Source: Takakia lepidozioides (taxonomy: Eukaryota; Plantae; Bryophyta). Taken from it: 64,000 nt of DNA. The notes under the pieces were generated by a model. That model was given only the letters and a program-made list of their open reading frames with translations. It did not search any database and had not been told where the DNA came from. Shown here piece by piece: positions 46,725 through 59,600 of the stretch. The stretch spans positions 57,598,001 through 57,662,000 of the forward strand of contig CM060731.1 of NCBI GenBank assembly GCA_030704615.1, given 5' to 3'. The first letter of the stretch is position 1, and every line of letters begins with the position of its first letter. The translations under genes and the position numbers were made by a program.

Positions 46725-47140
46725 CACTAGTACAGATTATCATTTTTATGACTGCAAATATCACTACATTTGCAGTGATAAGTGCAATTATGACTACATC
46801 ACTATGCAGTGACAAACACGAAGTCAGTTCTACCATCACTGCGGAGTGATAAGTGCGAAGTGATGGGCATCACTATAGACGTGGCACTTGCCCAACGACT
46901 CAGAGTGACGTAGGGTGTAGTGCTGTAGTCATAATTATACGACTACAAGGCTACGTGTCATGACTACACTTACGACTACGTCACTACAGATGAGCGCCAA
47001 CATGGAGAGGTCTCTCCATGACACGTGTGACCCCACGGATGTATATGACTACACTTATGACTATATCACTACTCACTACATCACTGAGGGTAGCATGTGG
47101 CATATTTCATGACTACAAATATGACTCCATCACTATAGCT
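46725..47140 (+). mobile_element. Second CACTA left end with dense subterminal repeats, truncating paralog B
   Basis: CACTAGTACAGATTATCATTTTTATGACT followed by many ATGACTAC/CATCACTA copies. Confidence 0.8.
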
Positions 47141-48286
47141 TTGTTCTGGTTCTGGTAGGTCATCTAACACGTGTCTTTATTCAATTAGTTTATAAAACCA
47201 TTGATGCTATTTTATTTATTTATTTCATGTAAATTTTATTTATCGTTTTGATATTCAGATGTGTTTAAATATACAAAGCAATATATTTAATTGAATGAAA
47301 GAATTTCACACAAATACATAGATTGTCTCTGGAATGTCACTCATACTGCAAAAATCCAATGGGAAAAATGTTCCCATGGATGTCACAAAGGCTCTACAAT
47401 CAAGAAGCCTGAAAGGCCACATGGATAAATAACCAAGCCTCAAAAGCTACAAGTCCCAAAAACCCAAGCCCACATAGGGGCAGTAATCCACTAGTACTCC
47501 TACAATTGAAGAACTCTATTTATATATCACCACGGTGGCATATTTTCAACTACATTGCATCATGTTTCAGGAGCTTCAGGCTCCAAATTGTGGTGTTTCC
47601 TACCACCTGCCCCAACTCTTTTAGAGGAGAATTACTTATGCCTCTTTGATGGATAGAGCAGCATAATCGAGTGGCATAGGGTACCTGTCATCCACCATGC
47701 TCCCTTGCAGACCAACAAAAAGTCCACATCCAACCTTGGTGCGTTTGCTGTTGACATCAAGTAGCCGAACATGATATCCCACCTTGAACTGTCATCCCAA
47801 CTCCCAAATACATAGAAGTATATATCAAAACTCCTTAGAAGTGTTGGACTAGCAACCAGCTACATACAATAGCAGCCCAAACACAACTACTGCTCAGGGG
47901 ATTGCCTAAAGGTCAAGGCCTCGTGCATGTTAGCTGCCAAGCATTTCTGATCCTCATAATGCAAGACTTCAGTGACAGATTGAGTCCCACGGAATAGACC
48001 ATCAGATTCTACCCATGCAGGTTTCTTGTAGCTATTGATCCACAGGCAATCATAGGTAATCTTGTGCCTGAAATCTGACCTCCTTGGATGAATCTGGACC
48101 CCACACTCTATCTCTGCTCCTTCAGGTATCCATGCCTATTCACAAATGATGCATTCATCCTTGCCTTGCTGCTAGCAGCAGCCTATATTTGTTCTAGGAA
48201 ACACCAACTCATCTTATCACACTAGTTCCTATGCTGATATTGCGTCTGCTACTCTCTGAAATGTAACAGGCATTCACCTTTTTGCC

Positions 48287-49075
48287 TCAGTTGTCCCACC
48301 ATTGACTGGGGTCAGAAAAGTAATCATTCCACAACTTTTCGTCATTTGCCCCTAAGTCTCCAAAGCCTCCATCCCGCGCCCTTGCTATGCATATCCTGCA
48401 ATCATCACTCCACAATACCACATGTCGTTCAGCCATACTGTCGAACACTCCCTTTGCATCCTCACTGCACCCACATTTGGCATGCATGTCCACCAGGGCA
48501 GTGTTCAGAATGACAGGTGCAATTCCAGATTTGATGATTTCACCATGCATCTCTTTGCCCTTTTCCAGGGCTGCCAGGCTTGCACAAGCATTGCAAACAC
48601 ACAAACGTGATCTGGTTACACTTCACCCCTTCCCCCATCATTTGCTCATAGGTCTTGCCTCCATCTCGCGCCCCTGCTGTGCATATCCTACAAGCATGGC
48701 ATTCCATGACACCATATCTTGTTCAGCCAGTAACAGAGACACTCGGAGAAGCTGTGGAATGGATACTTTTCTGACCGCAGTCATTAATGGTGGGACAATT
48801 GAGGCAAAAAGGTGAATGCATGTGGGATTACAGAGAGTAGCAATGGTGGGACAATTGAGGCCAATGACCTAGGATCAAATGATGGGGGAAGGGGTGAAGC
48901 CCAACCACATCACGTTTGTGTGCATTTGCAATGCATGTGCAAGCCTGGAAGCCCTGGAAAAGGGCAAAGAGGTCCATAGTGACATTGTCAGAGCTGGATT
49001 GTACCCGATGTCATTCTGAAGTACAATACCCTGGTGGACATGTATCCAAAATGTGGGTGCATCAAGGATACCACG
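48287..49075. pseudogene. PLS-class PPR gene fragments in inverted arrangement (- at 48290-48725, + at 48875-49075)
   Basis: NACASLAALEKGKEMH..NTALVDMHAKCG..FDSMAERHVVLW on the - strand; EGVKPNHITFVCICNACASLEALEKGKEVH on the + strand. Confidence 0.85.
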
Positions 49076-49552
49076 TGCTATCCCTAGCTCGCCTACTAAC
49101 CCTAGGACCATCTTATCCATTTGATTGTACTTAGAGGAGTTTGAACCTGCAACCTCTTTACTATAAGAGTTATAGTTCACTACCTATTAACCAATACACC
49201 TATTAGTAATTCATGTGATCATATGGTGTTTTAATTGTATTATACACACCAAATTACAAAATCCCCAGTAGTCATTATGACTATGTAACCTCATCCATGT
49301 ACACTGTAGTCATAGAAATGACTGTGAATGGTGAGCTAAATCTGGTCAATTGTCGTTGACCAGCCTTCCGCCCATTCCGGAGCCATGTAGTCATACAGAC
49401 GACTATTTAGATAGTCGTTCATATGACTACAGTCGTATGAACGACTGCGGGAGGTCAATTTCATATAAAAACATGGTGCAGTCATGGTCAAAGTCCTGAA
49501 AACCATGACTACCACGGTTTGGCAGTCATAACTACCGCGATCTATTGTAGTG

Positions 49553-51434
49553 ATGGTTGGAGTCTGTGTAAACTCAGAACTACTGACATCTACATCTTTT
49601 TTATCATTCCAGGAGCATGAGTCTTCTCTTTCAGACTCTTTCAGAGTTGTGTCATCCTTCAACCTTAATAGCAGGACTAACTGGAGTCAAAACATCCTTC
49701 CAAAGATTAGCTGCCATATTAGGATCCACAATCGTGAGCGTTATATTACAGTTCTGCAAATTATGAAATTGGTGGCCAACTTGTGAAGTGGAAGTATTTG
49801 CAACCTCGTGAGGCTCAGACACACGTCCAATCCGGTCATACTTTCTCATAATTTGTGTTATGAGATCAATGCCCGTCTTTGTTGACCAAAACTCAGAATC
49901 AGGAAGAGAATGATCGAGAATTTCTTGATCATATGAAATTGCAATTGAGGTCTTCTCATCAGAACTAGTCACAATCTATTTCCCGGAAATGCATCTGTTA
50001 ATATCATCGTTCACACAATTTTGGACAACAACCCCCATCTCTTTGCCAGAAAAAACTGAAGCATTCATGATATCAAGTTTGTCTATAGCTCGCTGTTTAA
50101 CAAGCTCTTCGTCCAGCGCTTCTTGATATAACATCTCCTGAAATGATTCTTTGGCAAGCCCGATCTGCAGCAACCTTGTCAGTGCGGTTGTACTTGGCAT
50201 ATGACTTAGCATCCTGATGTCCAGTGATGCTCATTCCATGCTCAATAGGAACTAATGCCTTCTCCATTCGTGTTATTCCAACACCGTGCCCTGTTTTGTT
50301 CGTGATTCTCATACCATTCAGGTCCAAACCTATAGTCATCAGCTTTGTAATCGCAGCCAAGGTGTTTTTCCCAATATGAGTTTTGTAGAACCATATTTTT
50401 TCATTTGGATTGACCTTGAGTTTGGGAGTTAGAAAGAAAGGATGCGGACCAGGCTCAGTCTCTAGGAAGACATGTATGCGTTTCATCATAATTTTATAAG
50501 TATTTCTGATATCTTCGTTCTGACAATCAACAGCTTTCCATTGATTTTCAGCTGCACATCGAGTAACGTCAACTTTCCAGTTCTTTGACAGAGAAGGATG
50601 GCATCGCAAGAATTCTCCATATCTCCTCCATATCCCTCATCATGTAACAAAAAATCACAATCCTCGACCTTCCACATTCATGTCCTGCATGTTTGAAAAA
50701 GTTCATTGTAGTAAAGTACACAAACTGATTAGTAACGCCTGAAGGTGTTTTCACTGAAGCTTTATCTGACAACAACATTTCAGCCTCTTGGCTCCGATTG
50801 AGAACATCATTTTTCACCACCGACCTTCCGAGACCAGCAACCATTGAACGACGCACAGCTTCATCAGCTGATAATTTGGCAGGGCGATAGTTCAAGTTAC
50901 GGAAGATATTAAATGGCCTTGGAGGCTTCACACCCATAGAAACAATTCAAAATTCCTCTCTTGCTCGGATAATACGTCCGATGGCAGATAGTAATGCATT
51001 GATCCTGCAAAATCTACAACACATTATGTACATTAGTCATGATAAAAAAAACAATAAAGAAACAAAATCAAGTACTGAACTCAATGTGATGTGAACAAAA
51101 ATGAAAATCAATAACTTACGTGGTGGGAGGGTATAGAGCCATCTCGTTTTGTCACCTGCACATCAGTTTCTTCAGAAATGTCTCCAATGGATTTCTCAGT
51201 GGAATACCTTCTGAATTTGCGCCACTCATCGAAGGCATTTTTGGCCTATGTTTCTGACTGCTTACTGCACTGAATTCCACCTTCCGTCATATTTTTCAAC
51301 TCACGAGGATCAACATCTCGGAAGCGCCTCACACGGTCTTCACCATCAATATTGATCTCAATATTATGGTTGTCTCTCTTGCTAAAACCTTTGCATGTCA
51401 TATAACCCAAACAATACCTCTTTAGATCTCGCAT
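49553..51434 (-). pseudogene. Crypton-like (DUF3504-type) tyrosine recombinase, spliced and decayed
   Basis: RRFRDV...AKNAFDEW...KRDG..YPPT|TINALLSAIGR...FNIF...WFYKTHIGKNTL...RITNKTGHGVGIT...MSITGHQDAKSYAKY. Intron 51119-51005. Both expected catalytic Arg positions read His. Confidence 0.75.
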
Positions 51435-51666
51435 ATATGTACATAAAAGGAAACTTGACAGCCCACAATTTAGGTCCTTTAGGGGTTTTTATTTGTTTAT
51501 TTATTTAAGGAAATATGGGAGCGACAGCCCACAATTCAGGCTCTTGAGGAGGGGGAAAGATTAACCCCCTTTCATTTATGGGCCATGGGACCTACATGAC
51601 GATCAACGCCCAGACATACCGTCACACGAACAATCCCACACACAGGACAGGGTAGCGGGTTCGAAC

Positions 51667-51810
51667 CAGTGTTGTGCGGATCCGGGTTTTGACCCCGGGT
51701 ACCCGGCGGGTTAGGATCCGGGTTACCCGGACCCGGACCCGCCTACTAGGTCCAGAACCCGCTAAACCCGCTACCCGCGGGGCCAGTATGGCGGGTCGGG
51801 TCCGGGTTTT
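51667..51810 (+). mobile_element. hAT-like terminus with ACCCG/CGGGT subterminal repeats
   Basis: Begins CAGTGTTG, followed by dense GGATCCGGG/ACCCG motifs. Partner end not seen. Confidence 0.4.
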
Positions 51811-51855
51811 TATTTTATTAAATATGTATATATATATTTATAGTTAGAAATTGTG

Positions 51856-51889
<34 letters not shown>

Positions 51890-51907
51890 CCCTCTCCTTT
51901 TCTTAGG

Positions 51908-52355
51908 TCAACAAATTTGAGCCCAGGCTACAAGCGGTTGTTTGTTTTGGGATGAGGTCTCTACTCCCCAGACAAAGTTCCTAAGCAAGCGCTTAATTTC
52001 CTGAGTCCGTTTAGAGTTTGGGTGCCAGGAGGAAGCATAATACCATAATCCAGCAGAATGAATCTGATTAGCTACAAGGGCTCTGCCTATAATTGTTGAA
52101 CCCCAGTAAGTCAGTTTCCTCTTCAAGTTGGTCACTGTGGCAGCAAAAATCTGTTGGTCTGTCAGTCCGATTCCAAATGTATAGCCCAATAGTGTGGTGG
52201 TCTCTCCAAGTTGGAGCCACCTTAGTCCTTGACCCATTCCCCATATGGGCGGGGATCCCATTGTGGACTTTGAGAGGTCACCTACCAGTCAGTAATCATG
52301 AAGTTTTGTTCCAGTTTATTTTGAATCCAGATGCTGCACAAAATTTGTTCAAGGC
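51908..52355 (-). mobile_element. L1-clade LINE reverse-transcriptase C-terminal fragment
   Basis: KFCAASGFKINWNKT...LLGYTFG...LKRKLTYW...GRALVANQI...LWYYAS...LLRNFVWG. Confidence 0.8.
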
Positions 52356-52362
52356 AAACCCT

Positions 52363-52730
52363 CACTACTACAGATTAACGTTTTTATGACTACGGGTGAT
52401 ATAAACCTTGGTAATCATGACTATATATGTGACTACGAAGTGATGAAACCCATTGTTGGGTGAATTTTAATACATTTTAATCTAATGTAGTCATACGTTT
52501 TACTACATGACTAGGAGTCACGGTCAAACATTGTTGACCAAGAACATAGGCTTGGTTTATATAACTAGTAGTCATACGCAATACTACACGTCAGACACGT
52601 GCCACATAAGCTTATGACTAAATGACTACACCACTACCACATTGATGACATGTTATATAAGCTTATGACTACATGACTACTGGAGGTTTCACATCTCTGT
52701 TTCTGTGATTACATCACTACACGTGGCATC
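52363..52730 (+). mobile_element. Third CACTA left end of the same family, with subterminal repeats
   Basis: CACTACTACAGATTAACGTTTTTATGACTAC, followed by ATGACTAC repeats. Confidence 0.8.
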
Positions 52731-53055
52731 TTAAGGCATATACATGAATGGGTTCATCCATTGGATGACCTCATCCATCTATCTTTAACGAAGCACTTGT
52801 CATATGTGAACATGTGTCCATTTGATATTGGCAAAATATTGGACCTGGAGCTCGAAGCAGTTTGCAGTTTCACTATGTAGTGGCGTGGGCAAATATCACG
52901 AAGTAGTAAGTAGCATACTTCATTGAGTCACGCAGTTTGCAGACTTCGAATTGACTTCTAATCGTCGTCCCTGTTTGCAGTCTTCAAGTGTACAATTTGA
53001 TACATTCCCCCCTTCATGACATTGATATTCGACTATACAACGAGTTCTTTTAGTG

Positions 53056-53325
53056 ATGCTGAAGCCTGACAAGGTCACAATTGGTTGCGTTTGCAATGAA
53101 TGTGCGAGCTTGGTAACCCTGAAATTGGACATCCTCAAAATGGGAGTAGTACGAGAGGTATTTGTTCTAAACTCTACCTGGGTGGACATGTATTTTGAAT
53201 GTGGTAGCATCAAGGATGACAAGGGAGTGTTCGATGATATGGCCGAACAAGATGTGGTGTCTTGGAATGCAATGATCGCAGGATATGCCCAGCATGGTTG
53301 TCATAGGAGGGAGGCCCTACAAGTA
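53056..53325 (+). pseudogene. PLS-class PPR fragment
   Basis: KPDKVT...VDMYFECGSI...VFDDMAEQDVVSWNAMIAGYAQHG..REAL. Confidence 0.85.
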
Positions 53326-53589
53326 ATTATAGGCATTCACTATGTCATTTCCCCAAAAAACCACCAACTGTCGAGGGCGGCGGTACCTCCATTCTCTTCT
53401 CATCTCTCCCCGTTTGTCGAGGGTTTTTGCCATGTAAGAGTCTGCTCATACCAATGCATGGTTCTCCCGGTACTCTAATTCCACAGTGAGAATAGAGGCA
53501 TCTTATGTCAAGAGAGGTAGGGGCAAATTTACTTTGGCAATGATGATGCCCTAGATGAAAAATATGGATTGTTATTGGTGCCAGCTCTA

Positions 53590-53800
53590 GAGAGCTGTCA
53601 GTTGTGGACAAGGAGGATTTGGAGGAAGTTTTTGATCCTGACGAGTATGACAAGAAAATGAAGAAATCTTTTGTGCTCAATTTATTATGCGTCAGAGGAT
53701 GCCGAACTTTATGAAGACCCAAAAATTTGGATATCATAGAGAATCCTAATTTTGAGGATGAAGATGAAGCATTGGGACTGCCAAAGGACTTGGATAAGAA
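53590..53800 (+). pseudogene. KRI1-like (ribosome biogenesis) gene fragment
   Basis: EDLEEVFDPDEYDKKMKKSF...ENPNFEDEDEALGLPKD resembles the conserved plant KRI1 segment as recalled (FDPEEYD...DEL.GLPKD). Confidence 0.6.
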
Positions 53801-54855
53801 GGTAGGCTTTGCTGCTGTACACGAGAAGCAAAAGATATCATTGAAAGAAATTTTTGCCTTTGACAAGCGCCTGCCACCTGAAGGCTGATTATTACAAACT
53901 GGAGACATGGTTGGCGATCTTCCTACCTGGTTCAAATACCGACAAATAAATCCAGCATTGTGGTGTGCTGACGGCATACCCCCAATGCTGGCAGGTTCGT
54001 TTGGCTTCACCTGGCCCTTTTTGCAATCAATGTCATTTCTTTTGTTGTTTAAATGTGCATGTGCACAAATGCAGAGGGAAAGAGGGATGTTGTAGATGAA
54101 CATCTATTGACCAGTTCTCATGGGAGTTGGCTGGACATGACACTCTTAAAGGCATTGTACCTGCATGATGCTACTTTTGCTGAAGCGACTCGAAGGCTAC
54201 AAGATATGTAATTGAGCCTGACATTACAGAAGCAGTTCCACACACCTATCTGATTAAATGATATGAATGGGCTACAGGAACATGTATCCTATGGATATTA
54301 TGCTTTATGTATTTGCTACGGCTTTTTGGGTCAGGAGGATGTAAGTTGTAAACGGATGTGAGATTTGGCATGCAGGTGGAAAGCGAACATTGATAATCCC
54401 TCCACAACTTGGCTATGGTGAAAGGGGAGCTGATTGTCGAGGAGGTACAAATGTCTGTCATCTTAGAACCCTACAAACATGTCACAGAAGTGTCTGCTCT
54501 ACTTTTTTAGTAAATTTTGCTCGGAACAAAGGGGTTGAGAATGATGTTGCCTTCCAAGATTCACTCTCGTTGTTGACGCAACCTCTTTTTTCTGCTAAGT
54601 TGTGGCTGGGGAAGCACATAGCCTTAGCGATTGATATGCCTCCAGTAGCATGCCATATTCTCTGTTTCACTGTAGGCAGCAACCCAAGGCCCATCTGATG
54701 CCAAGCTGCCCCATTTATTCCAACCCTGAACGACATAGTTCCCTTTCATTCTCTTCCTTCTCTTCACTTTTGAAAGGTCTTTTCTAAACCGTGAGAAGTT
54801 GCTGGATTGCAGGGTTGTGTGTCATACCCCCCAATTCAACACTCGTATTTGAGAC

Positions 54856-55544
54856 ATGGGGAGGATGGGAGATGCTACGGCATTTCAATTGGTTGTGCAT
54901 CCCACTGGGGCTGATATGTTGAAGCCAGATGAGCGTTTACAGTCTCCCCCACCTCGCAAGCACTTGCTAGTTTTGGATGTGAATGGATTGCTCTGTGAAT
55001 CCATTCATGTTGCTAGTGGTCCAACAATTGTTCCCAAAGGATTTGTGGGGAAGTTGTGTGGCAAAAAAAATGGTAATTTTGAGACCCAGCTGTATTTCTT
55101 TTTTGCAAAAGTGTTTTGCACACTGTGAGGTGGCAGTGTGGTCTTGCTGCAAAGCTCGCAACTTCATTCCGATGGTGGACTTTATTTTCAAAGGGCACAC
55201 TAATCTTATTTTCCAGTGGGATGCCCTTTACTGTGAAGAGCTTAGTGACCCATTGGCTAGGGGGGCTGATGCAAAGCCCATATATTTGAAGAACCTATCA
55301 AGAGTGTGGGTAGAGTGGCCAGAATGGGGTCCTGAAGGCACTCTTCTTGTTGATGACACACCAAGAAAGGCATCAAACAATCCTCCATTTCCTGGGATAT
55401 ATCCGGAGCCAAGGAAAATGCGATCATCAAGGCCAAAAGATGGCTATCTTCTCGATCGATGTGTTGTGGCCATTCTTGGAGAGGGCAAGCAAGACTCCTA
55501 GTATTCCACAGTTTCTAAAGTCTGAGCCTCTCTTTGGACAATAG
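54856..55544 (+). pseudogene. NIF/FCP1-like HAD-superfamily domain gene, frameshifted
   Basis: KHLLVLDVNGLL ... RPSCISFL..CF..CEVAVWS ... YLKNLSRVW ... TLLVDDTPRKA..NP. Frameshift in the A-run at ~55063-55070. Confidence 0.8.
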
Positions 55545-56094
55545 CCCTACAATTCTGCTCAGTGTAATCGTCAGAAGGTACAACAATGTACTGTAAATCT
55601 GGTCCACATTTGGAATTCTTGGGTTGCTTGTGAATTGCACGAGCAGTGGGTTTCTCTTGAGTGAGATATGGAACTAGTGTATTTCAGGTTGTAATGCCAC
55701 TGAAGAAATTGTAATGGTTTGTGATATAGGGACCTATGATGAAGCGGCTCCATGTTGTCAATAAGTCAGCAGAGGAGCTGGAAAGTAGCCCTCTCAAGCA
55801 GTTCTTGCAGCCGCCTGAAAGTCAGCTTGGTGTAAGTCCATGACTTTGTACTCATCACCCCAACACTACATTCCTTGGATATCTTTTCCAATTTTGTTTA
55901 TCTGGCCACTGGAATGTAGACTACCGTCCTTCACATTTGTTGTATCCTTGTGGTCGTAGACTCCGCATCCAGTGGGAGACCATTGTGAGGGATTTACTTC
56001 AGTTTATTGCCAAGGGTAGGTATAGAAAGTACTCATAAGACCTTGTGTTTGGCATAGCCTTTTGGGTAGGTAGGTAGAGAAAACGAAATTGAAA

Positions 56095-56096
56095 TG

Positions 56097-56119
<23 letters not shown>
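56095..56119. repeat. (TG)n microsatellite
   Basis: ~12 TG units. Confidence 0.9.
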
Positions 56120-56127
<8 letters not shown>

Positions 56128-56631
56128 TGTTTGCTGCAACTTTTTGGCTGTAGACCTTCCTGCCTACCCTTCCTCCCTCCCCTCCCTCCATCCATCCTTA
56201 TTAGTAGTTACAGCCCCCCTCCCGGTACTTAAGTACTATAATGCTTGGACCTCCGTAGTCTAGCGTGCATGGTATTTTCACTCATTGTTTTTGCTGGTGG
56301 GTGCGGGGATGACAGTTTAAGGTGGGAGACCAAGTTCGGCTCCTTAACGTGATGTCCAAAAGGTTATCAAGGATAATATGTTCTCTGCAAGGCTGCAAGG
56401 TAAGTGAGGGCTACCCTGATGGGGGGTTGTTTTTTCATGAGCGATGAGCAGATGAGCCATGAGCCATGAGCAGAGTTCCCGAACCTCCTCCATACCAAAA
56501 TCTGAAGGGATGTTGGAGGCTCGGATCCGGTTCGGGATGTGTGCGAAGCTGATATGGCCACATACTTAATGTCTAGGATGTATAAATGCACGGTATTGGA
56601 AGGTGTACCACCCAATTCCGCGCGTCACATA

Positions 56632-59600
56632 CACTACTAGAGTTAACCGAGGGTGGAGGAAAACGAGAAGTCGGCAGCGACTTCTCGTGCCTGGTGATCA
56701 GTAAAGTCCGTGCCGACTTCTGGAACAGAAGACCTAGGGGAAATGTAACTTAAAAAGGGCAGGCGGAAGTCTGTGCCGATTTCTCCCAAAAACAGATCGT
56801 GTGCTTCAGTAAATAGGAAAATACAAGCAGGGACCGGGAAGTCTGTGCCGACTTCTGGCCCACAATGAAATGACATTAATTCGGAAAAAGCAGGGACTGT
56901 GAATATTGCGTAGAATGCAGATGTACTCCAACATTTCCATGCTTCAAGACAATCTGTCATACTATTTTTTTGCTCCATCCATTGTATGGAGCTGCATAGA
57001 AAATAAACACGAAACAAATTTTTGAATTTACATAAACATTTAAGGGTAACAAGGTTAAGGAGTGCCCTCACTGGTAGCGTCCCCATATTCCGTCTCCACA
57101 TCGTCCACCACTTTCTCGATGATCTCATCGACATCATCATCGTCCTCTTTTTCTGTCGATGGATCAGAGCTCTCACTACCTAGCACAACACTATATTCTA
57201 CCAGATGTTGAACCTTCCTAAACCTTTTAACCACTCGTGCCTCACCTGGCCACATTGGCCTCTTCGACAATTCGGGGGAATCCTTCTGAGCTAGCCTTTC
57301 TGCCATCTTTGCTGCATAGTCAGGAAGACACATAGGTTTGGGTGGGGTGAAGAGAACAACAGCTGCTTTTTGATGAAGATCTGCCCTCTTCTTGGCAATC
57401 TGTGCCTTCCTATTTTCCCTCTCCTGACGTGCAGCCATTAAGGAGGCTGTACGGCGATGAGCTGGCGTCGTTGAAGCTGGCCTCCTTGTGCAAATTGAGG
57501 GAACATCACTGCAGAAGGAAAAAAACACCATGGTCATGAGCCTTGCAAAGGGGACGTGTTGGCCGGGCCATGGCAAGCAAGACAGCGCATCAAAATTGAG
57601 AAATTTGCTCCGACTATCATGTTTTGAAGAAAGAAAACGAGAGGAACATCAAACTTACTCACTCCAGTACATGGACATGCACAGGTTGGTCACCAGATTC
57701 CCGGAACCACTCATCAGGTGTCAAGTCCATTGGGGCCACGGGGTCAGGTGTAGCAGGCATCTCACTTTGCAGGCTGTGCAGTTTCTCTCTTACAAGCTCT
57801 CCATCGCCTTCCAAGGCCAGCAAGTGGCGACCACAAACCCGTGCAGCCACCATGGATGCGCAGCAGTGAGGTCCACAATCTTGCCCCCAATGTCAGTCAA
57901 CATCTCCATAAAAGTCTGCAGGAACATTGGGCTTTTTTCTCTGGCGCCTCTGAACCAGGTCCCATCAGCTCTTGTGTACAGTCTGTCTTTGGTGACACAA
58001 TTGCGCACAATGTCGGTGTCAGCCGGATTGAAGTCGGAATCCAGTTTCTTGGCATTCCGGCCAAGGTCGCAGGCGTATGTTGGGCTCTTCAACAGCAAAA
58101 AAGCATAAAACACCCGAGTCTGCACAGGAAACCCAATTGCCTCAGCATATGAACTGTAAGTCTGGGCCGACTTCATGAAAGGTGGACAAGGACACGGGTG
58201 ACATGTTGGAATGCGTTGGTAATAATTTCGTACTTCCCAGGCACCAGCCTTTGTCCGATATTGTTAAGCAGGAAAACAGGGGGCTAAGTTGGAAGTCTGT
58301 GCAGACTTCCCATACTGTTCTGGGAAGCCTGTGCCAACTTCCAAAACAGAACGTGGACTGCTGCGTTGTTCAAACTGCTCAACATAACTCACTGTTAAAT
58401 GAAAAAACCACTGGTGGACATGGGAACATGTAGGAGGCACTTATGTCTTCAATGGGAACAGGGCTGGGAATTTGGGAAGTCTGTGCAGACTTCCCACATT
58501 GATAGGGAATGGAACATGATGAACGACGCAAGGAGGTGGCGTTTTGGGCTACCTGTGACTGCTGCTCGTCGCCTGTCAGGAGCGGGAGGGCATTCATGCA
58601 GGTCCACTTCCTCTTCACAAAACGAAATGGCGCATTGCTCGCTATCCGTCGAATGTCCATCTCCGTCTTGCCGTCACCCTTGCAAAAAATGAGGAGTCGC
58701 TCCACATCATCCGTGATTGCATTTGCCAACGATATGGCAGAGCTGATGTGAGAAAGCTTCCGAACATTCCAATCTGGCACAACACCCTCTGCTCCACAAT
58801 TATGCACCATCTGCCCATCTGGGATATCCACAATGACCAGGTCAGCGCCTCCTTCATGGAGGGTTCGGATACCCCCCCACGCACAGGCTCCCTCCTCTTC
58901 TTGTGGCGCTCAATGAAGGCATCTACCATTGCCCTCTCCGGTGGCCACCTCTTCGTGGTGGATTCGGTTGCCAGCCGCTGCTCAACAAGTGTGAAGCTGT
59001 CACAGTGGATGCATTTCACCTCACAAGTCGGCACAGACTTCTGCAGTGGATGCGCCTCAAACAAGGATTGCTTTATGGCTATGGGCAATGCTGTTGACTT
59101 AGGTACTCTGGTAGCAGCCTCCGGAAAAATCAGACTTCGGCTGGGGCCACGGCGTGCGTTTGCTAGGTCCATTCCACCCAGATGCTCGGTGATCCCCGTT
59201 CTGCCATGCTGTTGAACTTGTTCGCCTTCCACCACCTGCACGTCCTCTGTCTCATCCGCCCCTTCCTGGCTTTTCTCCATCTGGGCTCTGCCTTGTTTGG
59301 CAGGAGATGACTGCTCGCCAACTCTCTGAGCCTTCTTCGGCTTCTGCTTCCTGGTGCGGCCCTTTTTTGATGCTGCCTCTGCCGCAAGGGCCTCCGTGGT
59401 GTGCTCAAGATGAGCAACAGCGGCATTGTGGGCTTCTGCCGCAGCGGTCTCGCTGGCAGGTTGTCCGGGTGGAGGTGGTATTTCTTCACCTGAAGCAAGC
59501 GTCTTATATGCTTCTGCCTCCTCCACAGGGATGGAGTTCGGTGGGCAGTCCAACCACCAATAACACTGCAAATGGGAGGACCGCACGTACTCTGTAATCT

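Larger units (their letters stand above)
43963..49552. mobile_element. CACTA (En/Spm)-ended composite element carrying a methyltransferase-like gene fragment and captured host fragments
   Basis: Left end CACTACAACAGATTGCGGCTTTTATGACT. Right end (reverse complement) CACTACAATAGATCGCGGTAGTTATGACT. ATGACTAC/GTAGTCAT subterminal repeats. Flanks TTA vs ATG do not form a TSD, so the two ends may come from different insertions. Confidence 0.7.

Noticed and set aside
49553-51434. Tyrosine recombinase as cargo inside the 44-49.5 kb CACTA element
   Set aside because: A right-hand TIR ends at 49552 and cuts into the 3' part of the recombinase reading frame, so the gene lies outside that element.
56220-56629. 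Solo LTR ending in ...GCGTCACA
   Set aside because: Only a CA terminus is suggestive. No partner end, TSD, PBS or PPT could be shown.
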